A DNA stretch of 60,095 bases, the filler included, from Basidiobolus meristosporus CBS 931.73 (lineage: Eukaryota; Fungi; Basidiobolomycota), in assembly GCA_002104905.1 (NCBI GenBank). It is 3 parts of 3 records of this genome, joined end to end, with 100 filler letters (N's around TTAATTAATTAA, not from the genome) between each part and the next. Parts side by side here need not be neighbours in the genome. Positions count along the whole stretch, not along the records: positions 1 to 26,362 come from MCFE01000917.1; positions 26,463 to 47,978 come from MCFE01000988.1; 1 more part is not named here. One strand, written 5' to 3'. A program made the position numbers and the translations under genes. This document shows, in pieces, positions 24,534 to 36,762 of this stretch (the first letter of the stretch is position 1; every line of letters starts with the position of its first letter). Under the pieces are notes generated by a model. The model did not search any database, had not been told where the DNA came from, and saw nothing but the letters and a program-made list of their open reading frames with translations.

Positions 24534-25660
24534 ATGGTTCTTGTAAGATTACAATCCACCGACCCAAGTAAGGGAGTCCCCATCCCCTTCCATAAGGTGG
24601 ACCTGATGGATGTTAGCCACGTCGAGCCATTCTCGGATTTCTCATCCAGCTCAAGTAGCTCCACCGAAACCTTATCAGGCTCGCCAATCCCACCTCGCTT
24701 CGTCTTCAAAGCCCCCAAACCATCACCACAGAAAAAGAGCCGCCCCGCAAAAAAAGAGGCCTGCCACCGGGGTACCCTCTGCGAGATTCCCCTTCTTGCG
24801 GCCCTCAAGAAACGTAAGAGCAACCTGTCTTTCAAGGAGCTCTACGGAAACATCACCAACGCATTCTGTATGGGTTCTGGCGGGGAAGTCTACATGGCAA
24901 CCTCCCCCAAGACGGGCAAGAAGTATGCCATCAAGTCGTTCCGCCCGCGTTTTTCGTACGAAACCCCCGCCGAGTACTGCATGAACATCAGCAACGAGAT
25001 CTACATCGCCGCCTCCCTAGATCACGAAAACATCGTCCGCACTGTTGATGTGTTGGAGGAAAATGGCAAGATCTACGAGGTCATGGAGTATTGCCCGCGC
25101 GATCTGTTCTCGGTGTTTGAGACCTCAAACCCCACCGAGAGCGAAGTCAACAAATACTTCGTCGAGCTGGTCCATGGCATTGCTCATCTCCATAGCCGTG
25201 GCATCGCCCATCGCGATCTCAAGCTGGAGAATGTGTGCATTGGCGAAGACGGCCACCTGAAGATCATCGATTTCGGGTTTGCCACCAACTTCTACAGCCC
25301 TTACCACCTCGAGTATATCCCGGCCAGCGGGGTGATCGGTTCAAGCACGTTTATCGCGCCTGAGGTGTGGACAGCAGAGAGCTACGACCCATCGAAGGAC
25401 GACATATGGGCCTTGGGCGTTCTCTATATCTGCATGCTAACGCGACTCTTCCCATGGGAGAAGGCCACCGCGGACGACAAAAATTTCGCCCTCTTCATGA
25501 ACTCCTGGGACTCAGTCCCCTACTCAAGAAATGCCCAGCCGAGGCGCTCCCCCTGCTTAAGCGAATGCTCGCGATCGACCCCAGCCAGCGTGCTAGTATC
25601 AAAGACGTCATGCAAGATCCTTGGTTTCAATCGCTTGAGGCCCAAGTCAAGGGCAACTGA
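24534..25660 (+). CDS. Fungal NPR/HAL-family (Sat4/Hrk1/Ptk-like) Ser/Thr kinase with an apparent 1-nt frameshift near 25517-25520
   Basis: YAIK, EVMEYC.DLF, HRDLKLEN, KIIDFG, GS.FIAPE, YDP..DIWALG, FPWEKA; the natural C-terminus LLKRMLAIDPSQRASIKDVMQDPWF is in another frame ending at 25660. Confidence 0.88.
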
Positions 25661-26362
25661 GATTCAGCGCCCCACTTAACGAATTGTACATTACCTAGAT
25701 CTAATTTTAATGGCAGTAACTGTAATTACGCAACCTTCATAATGGCACTACTAGCATGTTGATAAAATCCCTGAACCACAACCCAAACCGCACCATGTAA
25801 TTCTAGCCTTATCGTCCAAGTAAATCCACCCTGTTATCGATTCTCGCAATCGGGGCTTTCAGGAAAGAAAAATTCCAAGATTACCCAAAAAGGGAATGGA
25901 GAAATCCCGTTTTTGCCTCCTGCCACGTCTGATTTGGAAAGTAGAACTCCCATAACGACACCTATGGAAGTTGAGAGTTCGTTCGGGAAGGCGAGTTGAC
26001 TTGAATGAAAACATGAGGCTTGCTTATTCACCACTCAAGGATACTTGCTCCGACACAACTTGCCGACCCACATGATTGTCAAGCCTTGATGTAGTAATGT
26101 AATATAGGCCTCTTTTGGCGAGCAATGTAGAATAAAGCCATGTAGAATAAATCCCATTTGATGAGCCATATGGAATCAATCCTTTTGAAGCGCAGCCTGA
26201 AAATTTAACCTACCCTTGCGGTGGATGCAGTGTGTTTCTATTCCAAGATTAATTCAAGGTTCTAGCACCTAACAGTTGGGTTGAAAAGCGTTTTCATTAG
26301 CCAAATAAAAATAGGCTTATTTGTAGACATTGCTAAAAATCGCTCATATCTAAGCCTGATTT

Positions 26363-26462
26363 NNNNNNNNNNNNNNNNNNNNNNNNNNNNNNNNNNNNNN
26401 NNNNNNTTAATTAATTAANNNNNNNNNNNNNNNNNNNNNNNNNNNNNNNNNNNNNNNNNNNN
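26363..26462. other. Artificial contig linker N44-TTAATTAATTAA-N44
   Basis: Exactly 100 bp, stop codons in all six frames, identical to 47979-48078. Confidence 0.97.
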
Positions 26463-28305
26463 TTGAGCTAGGTGGCTTCCAAAAGCAATGTACATAGGAC
26501 TCATCCAGGCCACAGTTCCAAAGTATTAGACAGAGGGTATGTCAATAACTTGAGGAATCACAAGGTGAGCTTCAAGAGGAAGAATAGAGACCACAAGCAA
26601 CAGCATTTAGATTGTGCCAGCACACCTTGCCGGATTCCTTACTATCCCTTGCTACCAGAGTGCACTGGTGGATGTCAGTCCAGACTATTCCAACACCCTT
26701 CACAAGAGCACCCTTCATTGAGTCAACAGGTGTTGGGTCAATGTGCATGCTTCAGAGCAAAACCACCAGAGCTTACCAAATGCTCACTTAGACACAAGTC
26801 CATAGGAACAGGCCAAGTTGCGTCAACAAGGGCATCACAAAGAACTCAGCCAAGGGCCCTGCAAGTGCATCAAATTGCATCTGCACATGCCATTACACCT
26901 AACCATCAGCAAGTTTCTTCTGGTGAACTGACTGATGATGATCCACATAAAGTGCTTCCACCACCCAAGCCTTTGGCAAATAAAAGAACTCATCAGCACG
27001 TAGAACTGCAGGCCAGCTCAGTTTCATCATCTGGAGCAACTCAGCACAACCAAGCTGCAGCATCTCACCCATCAACTAGGAGGCAAAATACTGACTACAA
27101 ATACACAAGTAGCCAAGAGGAGAGTCATCAAGAAAGCAGTTTAGGTGTGCAAAGCAAATCACTACCAAAAGCTTCAGGAGTAATCCCTGTGAGAAAAAAA
27201 CCTAGGAGAAGATGACACAGTGGCATTGAATTGCTATTAGTTGTCATGATCCAAACTACGCATGTTTTTTTGCAATCCATACCAAGCCATTGCAAATCAG
27301 TAATCACTAAATTTTTGATATAAGCAATATCAAGGTCATCTCACGTTTGAGACAGGACCCCTATAAATACACACCCAGCATATGTATAAATCATCTGTGG
27401 CACCAGTGCAGCCATTTGATCTGATTTGCACATATATGACCAGTTGTGTGCTAACTAAGACACCGTATGCAATCACCAGGATCAGGGATTTACTTGCTCA
27501 ATGGGCAAAATGGGATTTTTGATGGCAATTTAGGTGGCTTGTGTATTGGTCAAAGAGCCAATTGGAGGTTGACAGCTTTGGGATACTTTTGGACCAATTA
27601 ATCACTTAGGTACCATCCAATTGGAGTGATGGTAATCAAAACAGTAAGTATCAGTGTAGTTTACAGTGTAATACACTTTTTTTTTCCATTTACATCAAAA
27701 AAACACATTTAAATACCAGATTTTACCTACCATGATAGTGGTATCCAATTGCGCACATGATGTAAGCATTACAAGTCGGCATGATCAATTGTTCCAACCT
27801 CATTGGTCAGATCAAGCCAAAGTGTGCAAGATTGTCCCTTATGGAGCAAAATATCCAAGAGCAATCTTGCCTACTGGTAGCTACAATATTGCACCCTATC
27901 ATTCTTAGAGACCACAGATCTTGCCACGCTGTGGTGGTGTATAGGTCCAAGGGAGAGATACATCCAACACTTCTCAGGTGTTTTGTGTGTGGGGTGTTCA
28001 CTGGGTGCAATAACCTCTGGTAAAAGCTTGCTAGGAATACTTGGGTTCTGTCTCTAATCTAATGTGAAGGGGAATAAAGCCACAAGCTTGTCAAGGGAAA
28101 ACTATTGAGCTACAATCCCCAACTTGGTGTGATAGTCAACCGGCTTATGGGATAGTACTGATTGGGTAAGACAAATGGGATAAAACTAAAATAAGTGTAG
28201 TAGAGATATTGCAAAGTAGAAAATAAGGGAATAAGCACATCTGTCAGTGGGTGTCACTGTCACCCCACTACAATGCACCCTGGCATAGTACAATGGAACA
28301 AGTCT
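26463..28305 (+). mobile_element. Decayed right half of the PHIS transposon (ORF2 3' part, subterminal region, right TIR)
   Basis: Collinear with 34680-36141; ends CAATGGAACAAGTCT followed by AAT; left part cut by the linker. Confidence 0.9.
27930..28272. repeat. 343-bp internally deleted solo-LTR-like element (TGTGGTGG...CCACTACA)
   Basis: Both ends match the 1049-bp element at 38026-39074; interrupts the PHIS subterminal region; flanks ACGC/ATGC. Confidence 0.75.
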
Positions 28306-28750
28306 AATGGAGTCACTGAGCAATTTAATGGATTCTTTGGAAAAATGCTGACCAAGTGTGCAAATGGAGCTGTCAGTGGATGGGATGAGTATATAGACCA
28401 AGCTCCTTTTGCCTGCAGAGTTAGTGTACACAACACCACCCAACAATTACCATTTTATTTAGTGTATGGATATGAACCAAGGATTTCAGGAGATCTCACA
28501 CAACCAAAGCTTACAGACAACCTAGAAGCTGAGCTCAGTCAGCCATGTAGGCACCCACAGCTGGACCAAGGATGTCAAGAGGCACAGGCCAAAGTATCTC
28601 AAAGTGCAGAAAAGATGAAGCAGAGATTTGATAAGACTATATCACCAGAAGCATTCACAGCTGGGAGCTATTTATTGCTGAGAAACAGTGTCAACTAGTA
28701 GACGTAATCTTCAGAATAGATTAAGTAAATTAGGGCTTATAACATGTTGC
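28306..28750 (+). pseudogene. Ty3/gypsy-type (or Ginger-like) integrase C-terminal fragment
   Basis: NGVTEQFNG...WDEYIDQAPFACRVSVHNTTQQLPFYLVYGYEPR...KMKQRFDK; homologous to 40660-41400. Confidence 0.8.
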
Positions 28751-29099
28751 AATTTGGGAAGTGTTTTGTGTATCAAGAACTTATAAAGAAGTAATGATAT
28801 CAGCTACACAGTTTTTAATTCATAAAGTAGAACAGTGTTTATTCCTGTGTAGAGATGAAGCAACTCCAACACTAAGTAGGGAGAGTTTCTCAGCATTCAG
28901 GAGCATTTTGCATCAGTTTCATGACTAGTACATAATGTTTGGTAAAAGTGCTGATTTGATCTGTTCTATAGGGGAGTAATCATAGCATCATAGATTGGAG
29001 AGAAAGTGGCAAAATTAGGGCTGTAAGTCAGTCTTACATTGACTAAGACTAGTCCAGAATTACTAGTAAATTTCAGCTGCTGAATGATACCAAATTGTC

Positions 29100-30223
29100 C
29101 AATATTTCAATAGATAATGCACTTCAATGAGTCATCAGCCACAGCCTACATTAGGAAAAACAATTAGTCAACACTTGAGCTGGCAAAATGCATATAAGGA
29201 GCTACTAGAACCTCAATAGAAGCATTTGAAATGTAAGTAAGCACAATACTTGCCAAACTTTGCATCCCTGTACAGCTCTTATGCAAAGACTTGTAACAAA
29301 AGTCCCTATAGTGACAACATATTACCCACATTGATTCTGATGTACTCTGGGTTGATATTGTGTCTGAATCCCACTTGAATAAATACATATCTGGTTTGCT
29401 TGGTCCTTGCATTTATATTGTTGCAGATATGCATGAGTATTGACTGGAGCTTGTGAGAAGTATATTGGATAGTAGATACCCAGCAAAATAATACTAATTC
29501 TCTTAAGTTTCTCCAGTATCTCAAGAATGTAATCTGGCCTAAAGTACCCCATTTCAACCTGGTTATTGACAAAAGGCCAATACCAGTGAGGAGTTGTAAT
29601 GAACCCAGGAAAAGGTTTTTACTCCGGCAGATTCCCACTATCATTAGTATCTCTGGCTTAAATGAATTTCATTTTCTGGCTGATGACCTATAGCTTGCCA
29701 GTGTTGCTCCAATTGCAAGCTAACTTCTGTATGCTATTTTTGAGGGCAGATGATACACTTGGTATTGGTGTCTGGGTAATAATATCAAGTGTAAGTTATG
29801 AAATAAATTCCCAGCATACTCTACATGCAAAAGCAATGACATCCAGTGCACCCAGAAGAGCCAGCTATCTAGCTGATGGCTGGAGTATCTCCAATGCAGA
29901 TAATAGTATAGGCTCTAACATCACAGACATTTACTAGAATCCTACTGGAAAGTATACAATATTCCTCCATCAATGGATACAGCTAGCTATCCAGGTTGGA
30001 CAGCAATTTAAGCCTGGATATCAGGAAGTCTACTTTAGATTTCTTCACAAATACAATAAGATTGACAGCAGATGAGGTTGATGAGATTCAATGTTCAGTA
30101 GTATTAGATGGCAGAGTACCTTTTCAGTGAGAATCCACCAGGTGCTAAGTCAATGGGATTGTCATTCATATCTACCTGAAGGCCCTGACTTTTTAGTTGT
30201 ACTGTACTATTGTCATCTAATAT
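29100..30223 (-). pseudogene. Degenerate Tnp2-family (CACTA/EnSpm-like) transposase fragment
   Basis: Fragments such as MGYFRPDY...HAYLQQYKCKDQANQICIYS match 36197-36439 and 41812-42327; boundaries approximate. Confidence 0.6.
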
Positions 30224-30226
30224 ATT

Positions 30227-30645
30227 AGACTTGTTCCGTTGAATAGTGCCACATTGAGCCATGAGTGCCAAATGATGCCATAGTGTGCCAGGGAGGCCAA
30301 GTGAGCCTACATTTGGTCACAGAGTGTGGAACATAGATCTGTATCTTCACGCAAAGCAGCCCCTGTGTTTCACTCATTGTGATTGAGTAAATCCATTTTT
30401 TGATGTTTTTTTGTGGATCAATATTGTGCAGGATGTGCAAGAGCACTAAAGAATTGAAGATGTACATCTGGTACTCAATACCCATGGCACTCTGAATCTA
30501 GCACCTGTGGCTTGTAACATGTCACAAAAATGCATGGCACTATCTTGGTCCACTGGTACTATCTGGCACTATAAGTGCTTTGTACTGATATTACTTTAGG
30601 GCTAATATTTAAATATAGTGCCAGATAGCACCAGTGGACCAAGAT
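30227..30645. mobile_element. Truncated fold-back MITE (left arm plus central hairpin), same family as 55211-55861
   Basis: Starts AGACTTGTTCCGTTGAATAGTGCCAC after ATT; inner inverted repeat 30542-30572 / 30615-30645. Confidence 0.85.
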
Positions 30646-32921
30646 CTATTGATAGGCTCAGCACAAAACTGATCAATATGATAATAAATATACATAACTT
30701 CAAAATTCATGCAGCAGATTATAACACCAGTAAGGGACAAGCAGGCAGAAACAGATACACATATGCAGCATTCATCAAGGAAAAGATGTAGTCTAACACA
30801 AAAAGCACTCAGTCACAGTAGCAGTGAAGGACCTGACAGTGATAAGAGCCTGCAGCTTTCAATGGTACCTGTCACAAGTAGGGCCCAGTAGTCTCAAGCA
30901 AGTGGCTGAGAAATGTCCAGCTGCTGGGAGAGTGCTAGCAAAGAACAAGCAAGCAAAAACTTATGCATCAGTGCAGTATTGATTAAGGAGAAAATATAGT
31001 ACAATACAAGAAGCACTCAGTCACAGTAGCAGTGAAATACTTGGTGGTGATAAAGGCAAAGGTAATGAGAGAAAAGTGTACACAAGCCAGAGAGAGGTAA
31101 GCGCAAGAGAAAAGCTGCTGTTCACACTGATTAACACTGTCAGCCTAGAACTGGCTGAATTCTGTAATACCAACAAAGAATTACCAAGTAGAAAGCATCT
31201 GATTTCCAAGGTGTTGTAAGCTCAGCCATCTGAACAACACTTCAGGGAGGTATATGTGCTTTGAGAGAAAGGCAACTTGTCTACCTCTGGCTCTATGTCC
31301 TGCATTGTAGGGGGAGTGGAGTTCCCACTGACTGACAGAGCAACAACATCAAGAACTCAAGAGACTCTTATAATGCTGACAGTGGAATCTTGTAATAGTA
31401 ATAGGCACACCAAGAGGTTGCAGTGCCTCTTTATATACAGTGCTCAACAAAATGCAGCTGAAAATTGATAGGATTTTTGCGCAAACAAGGAGATGGGGTG
31501 CTTGAGCTTGCAGTACTGGCCAAAGGTCAGATTATATAGGAACCAGCAAATCAACAGTGGCATAAATCTATAAGGTTCTCAGATAAGTCCTGGAAAGAGG
31601 CTTTACAACATATATTCTGATTGAATGGTGGATTGTTGGGAGGTTACTTGTTGAGTGTGGGGTTGGGGGTAATCTTTGTGTTGTTCAGTGGAACCTCTTT
31701 AGGTCATTACAATTGTTAATGGAGTAACAACTGAAGATTGAACAAAGATATGCCAATATTAGTGCATGAGAAGTAAGAGAAATAGGTCGGTCTGTAAATA
31801 AGGTGTGTGGAAACGGAGTCAATAGCTTACAGTTGTATACAATTGTAGGAGGTGTTTCATTGTTCAGGGTCAGAAAGTGAGAGAATTACCCAAGAACCAA
31901 ACAAAAGCCACTAATTTATCATTGTGAGGACAAATACTAACTAGTCTTTGAAAAATTGGGAGTCAATTATTTTTATGGTCCTTGCACAGTGTCCCAACCA
32001 GATCAGTACGCCATAGTCAAAGGTTTTGGTTTTTGACAGTCTTCTAATTGCATGATCCCATCTATTTCTCATAGGGTGTATAATGCTAGCATAGTAACTC
32101 ACCAAATGCAATTTCCTTTTGCTAACTCCCCTAGAAACATTTATATATAGCATCATAGAGTTATCACAGCTTTTTTGCTTACCCATCACTACTGTGGGCA
32201 TTCCATTTATTGATTAAATTAAACAAAACTGACCCCCTGCTTACTAACCTTTGCACATGTGCACACCAGCTGCAATTGACACACTTCCATCACTGCAACT
32301 TGCTGCTTTTGAGTGTGATACTTATAAAGTTGCCTTACACCTTTTAGTTCTGATACCATATACATATTGGAAGCATATGCTTGGTTGCTGCCACTTTTCC
32401 ATGAATACCTCTTGAGAATACTCAAAATACTTTTTGGCACTGAGCCAATATGCTCCTTATTCCTGATGAGTCCCAGTTCCCCTTATGGGTACACTCTGGT
32501 TCTTGTTTGAATGAATTCTATTTTAGATGGTAAGAAAAATTGGCTTGCACTTAATAGAAAGTCTGGCATACCTTGGTAAAGTTGTAAGATGGAGTAGAAA
32601 ATGAATGTATTAGCAGCACGGACTTATGCATTTAGCTTTATACTTGTAGTATAGCTGCTCAAGTCCCATCACAAGCTCCATGCATAAAAGCTGTAAATGT
32701 ATATAGCTGGCATTGGGACTTGCTGCTGGATATATATTAGACTTGTTCCATTGGATAGTGCCACATAGTGCCAGCCTGTTTATGGTGGCAGATTGATCTG
32801 GCACTCTATGGCACTATCTGGCACTATAATTTCTACCATGATGCCTGTGGTATAATACAGCTACTGGTAATTTTACTCAACCTTACTTATGTTGCTCAGA
32901 ATAGTGCTTTCCTTGCTTTAT

Positions 32922-33806
32922 TTACTCTTCATAATGCTCCAGACACATTTCTCTCAGTGGATGTCTTCTTGTATGAACATACTGTGCATTAATAAGTATC
33001 TTAACTATTTTACCTATTCTGCTGTTTTCTCCTATATATGACTTTCCTCAGTATTTACCTGCCAATATGCTGAATCTCTTGAGATATCCAAATGTGTGCT
33101 CTACCCTTACTCTGAAATGATTAAATATCTCATTGTAGAGCTTCTGCTTCCTGCTAAGTACACCATTCCTTGGCTTCCTATAAGCTGTAATACATCCTAA
33201 TCTCTGACAATCCTCTCCTATATAGGCTAAGTCTGCCATGCATTTCTCCCCTCTACTGAATTCAGGATGATTCTCTACCCAGAGTGCTTTGTCATGCCTA
33301 CTTCCAGCAAATGGCCCACTAAACCAGATGATGTTACCCTCAATGTCAGACAGTGCTTGAAACTTCACACAGTGTGCCTTGTACTTGCCAGAATAAAAGT
33401 GCCTCTGCCCTCTAGAAAGTCTGTTAATCCTCACTGGGAAGGTATCCAAAATACTCCTGATATGGAACCTGTTGCTGCACACTCTGGGATATGGAAGTCT
33501 ATTGGAGCTTCTGAACCTAGTATTCCAAGCTTGCTCTAAGTCATTCATGCCCTCTGCAAGGTGGTTCTCCATTGCTGTCAGCTGGGAATGAAAGCTTCTA
33601 GGACTTCTGTTGCCATGGATGGTGGGATGAAACCTGGTAGGGCAATAGTTCTTGTAATAGCAGAGAAGCTTGACAAGGGATCTCCTTGAGTAGATTGGGG
33701 TTGATGGTCCACAGTACTTGGAATAGATCTCCTCTAGTGTGTCAAAAGGAAATCCAGTGGTAGTGATGGGATTGATGAGAAAAGACCATTCAGATGAGTA
33801 AGTCAT
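32922..33806 (-). pseudogene. DDE_Tnp_4-type (IS5/ISL2EU/Harbinger-like) transposase, about 294 aa, one premature TGA at 33048-33050
   Basis: ILDTFP, FYSGKYKAHCVKFQ, GPFAGSRHD, MADLAYIG, RKP.NG.LS..QK.YN, RVRVEHTFG.LK.F.IL; frame stays open 41 codons past the TGA to TAA at 32922. Confidence 0.9.
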
Positions 33807-34165
33807 ATTAAAATTGGTGGATGATTGTATAAAGGCAGTTTGAATCAATTTGGCGCAATCCTCCTTATTTATCTGATTCTTAATACATTATGGTTAAATC
33901 TCCATCAATTGCCATGTATCCCATCATTATGTTGCAAAAATCATCCGCAAACAATGCCTTGGTACTTTCATTGATGCTTTAATCATAGGTCTATAATCAA
34001 ATAGGAAATCTGCAATTGATGTGATCTGATCCATGTCAACGCAATCCAAGATGCATCATGCATAATACATGGAAAATTCAACAATCACATTAGTTTTCAT
34101 ATATATTTCATATAAGACCAGGTTGATGCCAATATACTGCTGTATAAGTATCCAAATCTGTTGCT

Positions 34166-35398
34166 ATGGTCCCCATACCAAGCCTCAACTCATCTTTAGT
34201 ACAACCTAGACAAAACCCATTGCCCAGCTCACAAGCGCGGTCCGGACCGGAGAAGTTGATGTTGGATCCATTTGAGTTCTTGCCAAATGATTTTTGTATG
34301 GCCCAAGTGTCTATGATGAGCCTTCATACAGATATTTGGGCAGTACTGATTAATCTAGCAGAACTAGATACCTCAGAGAGTCGACAAAGATGGAAGAATT
34401 TGAGTAGAAAGCTGTGGCATGAGTTCTACATCAAGATGCCAGCCAATGTATGTAAAAAGATATATAACAAGACAAGTATTGAAATCAAGAATGAGCTGAG
34501 AGTGAGGGGATTGGACAAAGAAGCCACGCGGGAGCAATTTTGCGCGCAATTTGCACAGTACGGGCCAGACGCGTCTGTTCGTCCCTCAACTTTGGGAACC
34601 AAAGAGATTCTGAATGAGTTTTTGCCTCAAATGACTAATGTACTACATGATATATTAGTAGAGCTAAGTGGCTTCCGAGAGCAATATACACAGGACTCAT
34701 CCAGGCAACAGCTCCAAAGTATCAAACAGAGGGTAAGTTAATTCCTTGAGGAATCAGATGGTGAGCTTCAGGAGGAAGAATACAGACCGCAGGCAGCATC
34801 ATCCAGATTGCGCCAGCACGCCTTGCTGGATTCCCTACCATCTCTTGCAACCACAGCACGCCGGCGCACGTCAGTCCAGAGTACGCCAACACCCTTTACC
34901 AGAACGCCCCGCATCAAGTCAACGCGCGCGCTTCAGAGCAAAACTACAAGAACTTGCCAAACTGCTCATTTAGACACAAGTCCATTGGAGCGGACCGAGT
35001 GGCGTCAACTTGCAGCATCACATCAAACTCAGCCAAGGGCCATCTCAATGCGTCAAGGCGCGCCTGCGCGTGCCATTTTGCCTGACCATCCGCAAGTTAC
35101 TTCTGGTGAACTGACTGATGATGACCAACATGAAGTGCCTCAACCACCAGAGCCCTTGGCAAGTAAAAGAACGCGTCAGCGCGTGGCACTACAGGCCGGT
35201 TCAGTTGGTTCAGTCGGAGCAATTCAGCACAGCCAAGCTGAAGCATTGCACTCATCAACTAGGAGGCAAAATATTGACTACAAATACACAAGTAGCCAAG
35301 ATGATAGTCAGCCAGGAAGTAGTATAGGTGTGCAAAGTGAGTCACTACCAAATGCTTCAGTAGTAATCCCTGTGAGAAAAAAACCCAGGAGAAGATGA
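34166..35398 (+). pseudogene. PHIS ORF2, about 410 codons, SAP/helical DNA-binding-like N-half and low-complexity basic C-half, one in-frame TAA at 34739-34741
   Basis: ORFs 34166-34741 and 34808-35398 share a frame; the second copy has CAA at the stop position; KTSIEIKNELRVRGLDKEATREQF resembles a SAP motif (by eye). Confidence 0.7.
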
Positions 35399-36762
35399 TG
35401 CGATTGCTTTGAATTGCTCACATTTGTAATGATCCCAACAACCCTTTTTTTTTGCGATCCAAATCAAGCCATCGCAAATCAGTGATCATCAAATTTTTGA
35501 TATAAGTAATATCAAGGTCGTCTCACATTTGAGACAGAACCCCTATAAATAAACACCCTGCATATATATACATCATCTGTAATACCAGTGCAGCTATTGG
35601 ATCTGCTTTGCACCTACACAATTGCTTGCGTGCTGGCTATGACACCTTGTCCAATCACTGGGATCAGGGATTTACTTGCTCAATGAGCAAAATGGGATAT
35701 TTGATGGCAAATCAGGTAGCTTTTTTAGTAGTCAATGAGCCAATTGGGGGCTGCCAGCTTCAGGATACTTTTGGACCAATTAACCACTGAGATACTGTCC
35801 AATTGGAGTGAGGGTAACCAAAATGGTAAGTATTAGTGTAGTTTATAGTGTGATACACATTTATTTCCATTTACATTAAAGAAACATATCCAAATACCGG
35901 ATTTTACCTGCCATAATGGCGGTATCCAATTGTGCACGTGATGTCAACATTACAAGTTGGCGCGATCATCTGTTCCAACCTCATTGTGTCAGATTGTGCC
36001 ATAGTGTGCAAGATTGTCCCGCATAGTGCAAAATTGTCCAAGAACAATCCTTCCTTCTGGTAGCTATAATATTGCGCCCAATTGTTCTTTACAACCGTGG
36101 ATTGCGCCGCATGCCCTGGCACGGTACAATGGAACAAGTCTATTCCTACAATGTCAACATATGACTCAGAGTGCTTTAATGTACTTTGGGAAGAAATCAT
36201 TTCTGAAGACCACATGAATAAGTATATATGCAGTTTGTCTGGTCCTTGCGCTTGTGCTGTTGCAAATGAGTAGGAATATTGATTAGATCTTTTGGGATGA
36301 ACTTTTGGAACCAGACATTGTGTAATCTCCGGCCAATTCTTTCAAATTTCTCTGATGTGTCAAAGAACTCATTTAGCCTGAAATGCCCCATGTACAACTT
36401 AGTATTTGGCATAGAAATACCATGGAAGAGCAAATTCATGGATACTAATGAAAAGATTTGCTTCCACAGAGCACTTCTATCATTGGTATCTCCAGCACCT
36501 GATTAATTTCATGTTCTGGCTATTGACTGATGGCTTGCCAGGTTTGCTGCAGTTGCAGGCTGCCTTCTAAAAGTTCTCTCTTTGGGAAGATGATGTTGTT
36601 GGTATTGATGCTTGGATGGTAATAGTGTCCCTAAGAAAAAAAATTGAGAAAAGACCAGCAAAATACCATCATAGTATCAGCTGAATTCCTAGTTTCTCAA
36701 AATTGACAGCTCTCTATATCTCTGTTCTGCACTGATATACAGGTAGAAAAAGTACCCAGATT

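Larger units (their letters stand above)
32739..36141. mobile_element. Full-length two-ORF PHIS-superfamily DNA transposon (3403 bp)
   Basis: TIR AGACTTGTTCCATTG at both ends; TSD ATT at 32736-32738 and 36142-36144; divergent DDE transposase and ORF2; subterminal TGGCAC/GTGCCA repeats. Confidence 0.92.
30700..36620 (-). mobile_element. Decayed Tnp2 (CACTA-like) element split by the PHIS insertion (host parts about 30700-32738 and 36142-36620)
   Basis: Frame ...SYVDIVG[I]Y... rejoins across 32739-36141; 30725-31990 is collinear with 43853-44870; boundaries approximate. Confidence 0.65.

Noticed and set aside
26363-26462. Palindromic TTAATTAATTAA inside N runs (also 47979-48078)
   Set aside because: Identical 44+12+44 layout with six-frame stops is an artificial spacer; no linkage should be inferred across it
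26472-27215. 247-aa ORF as a host gene
   Set aside because: Decayed copy of PHIS ORF2 that switches frame relative to 34746-35398
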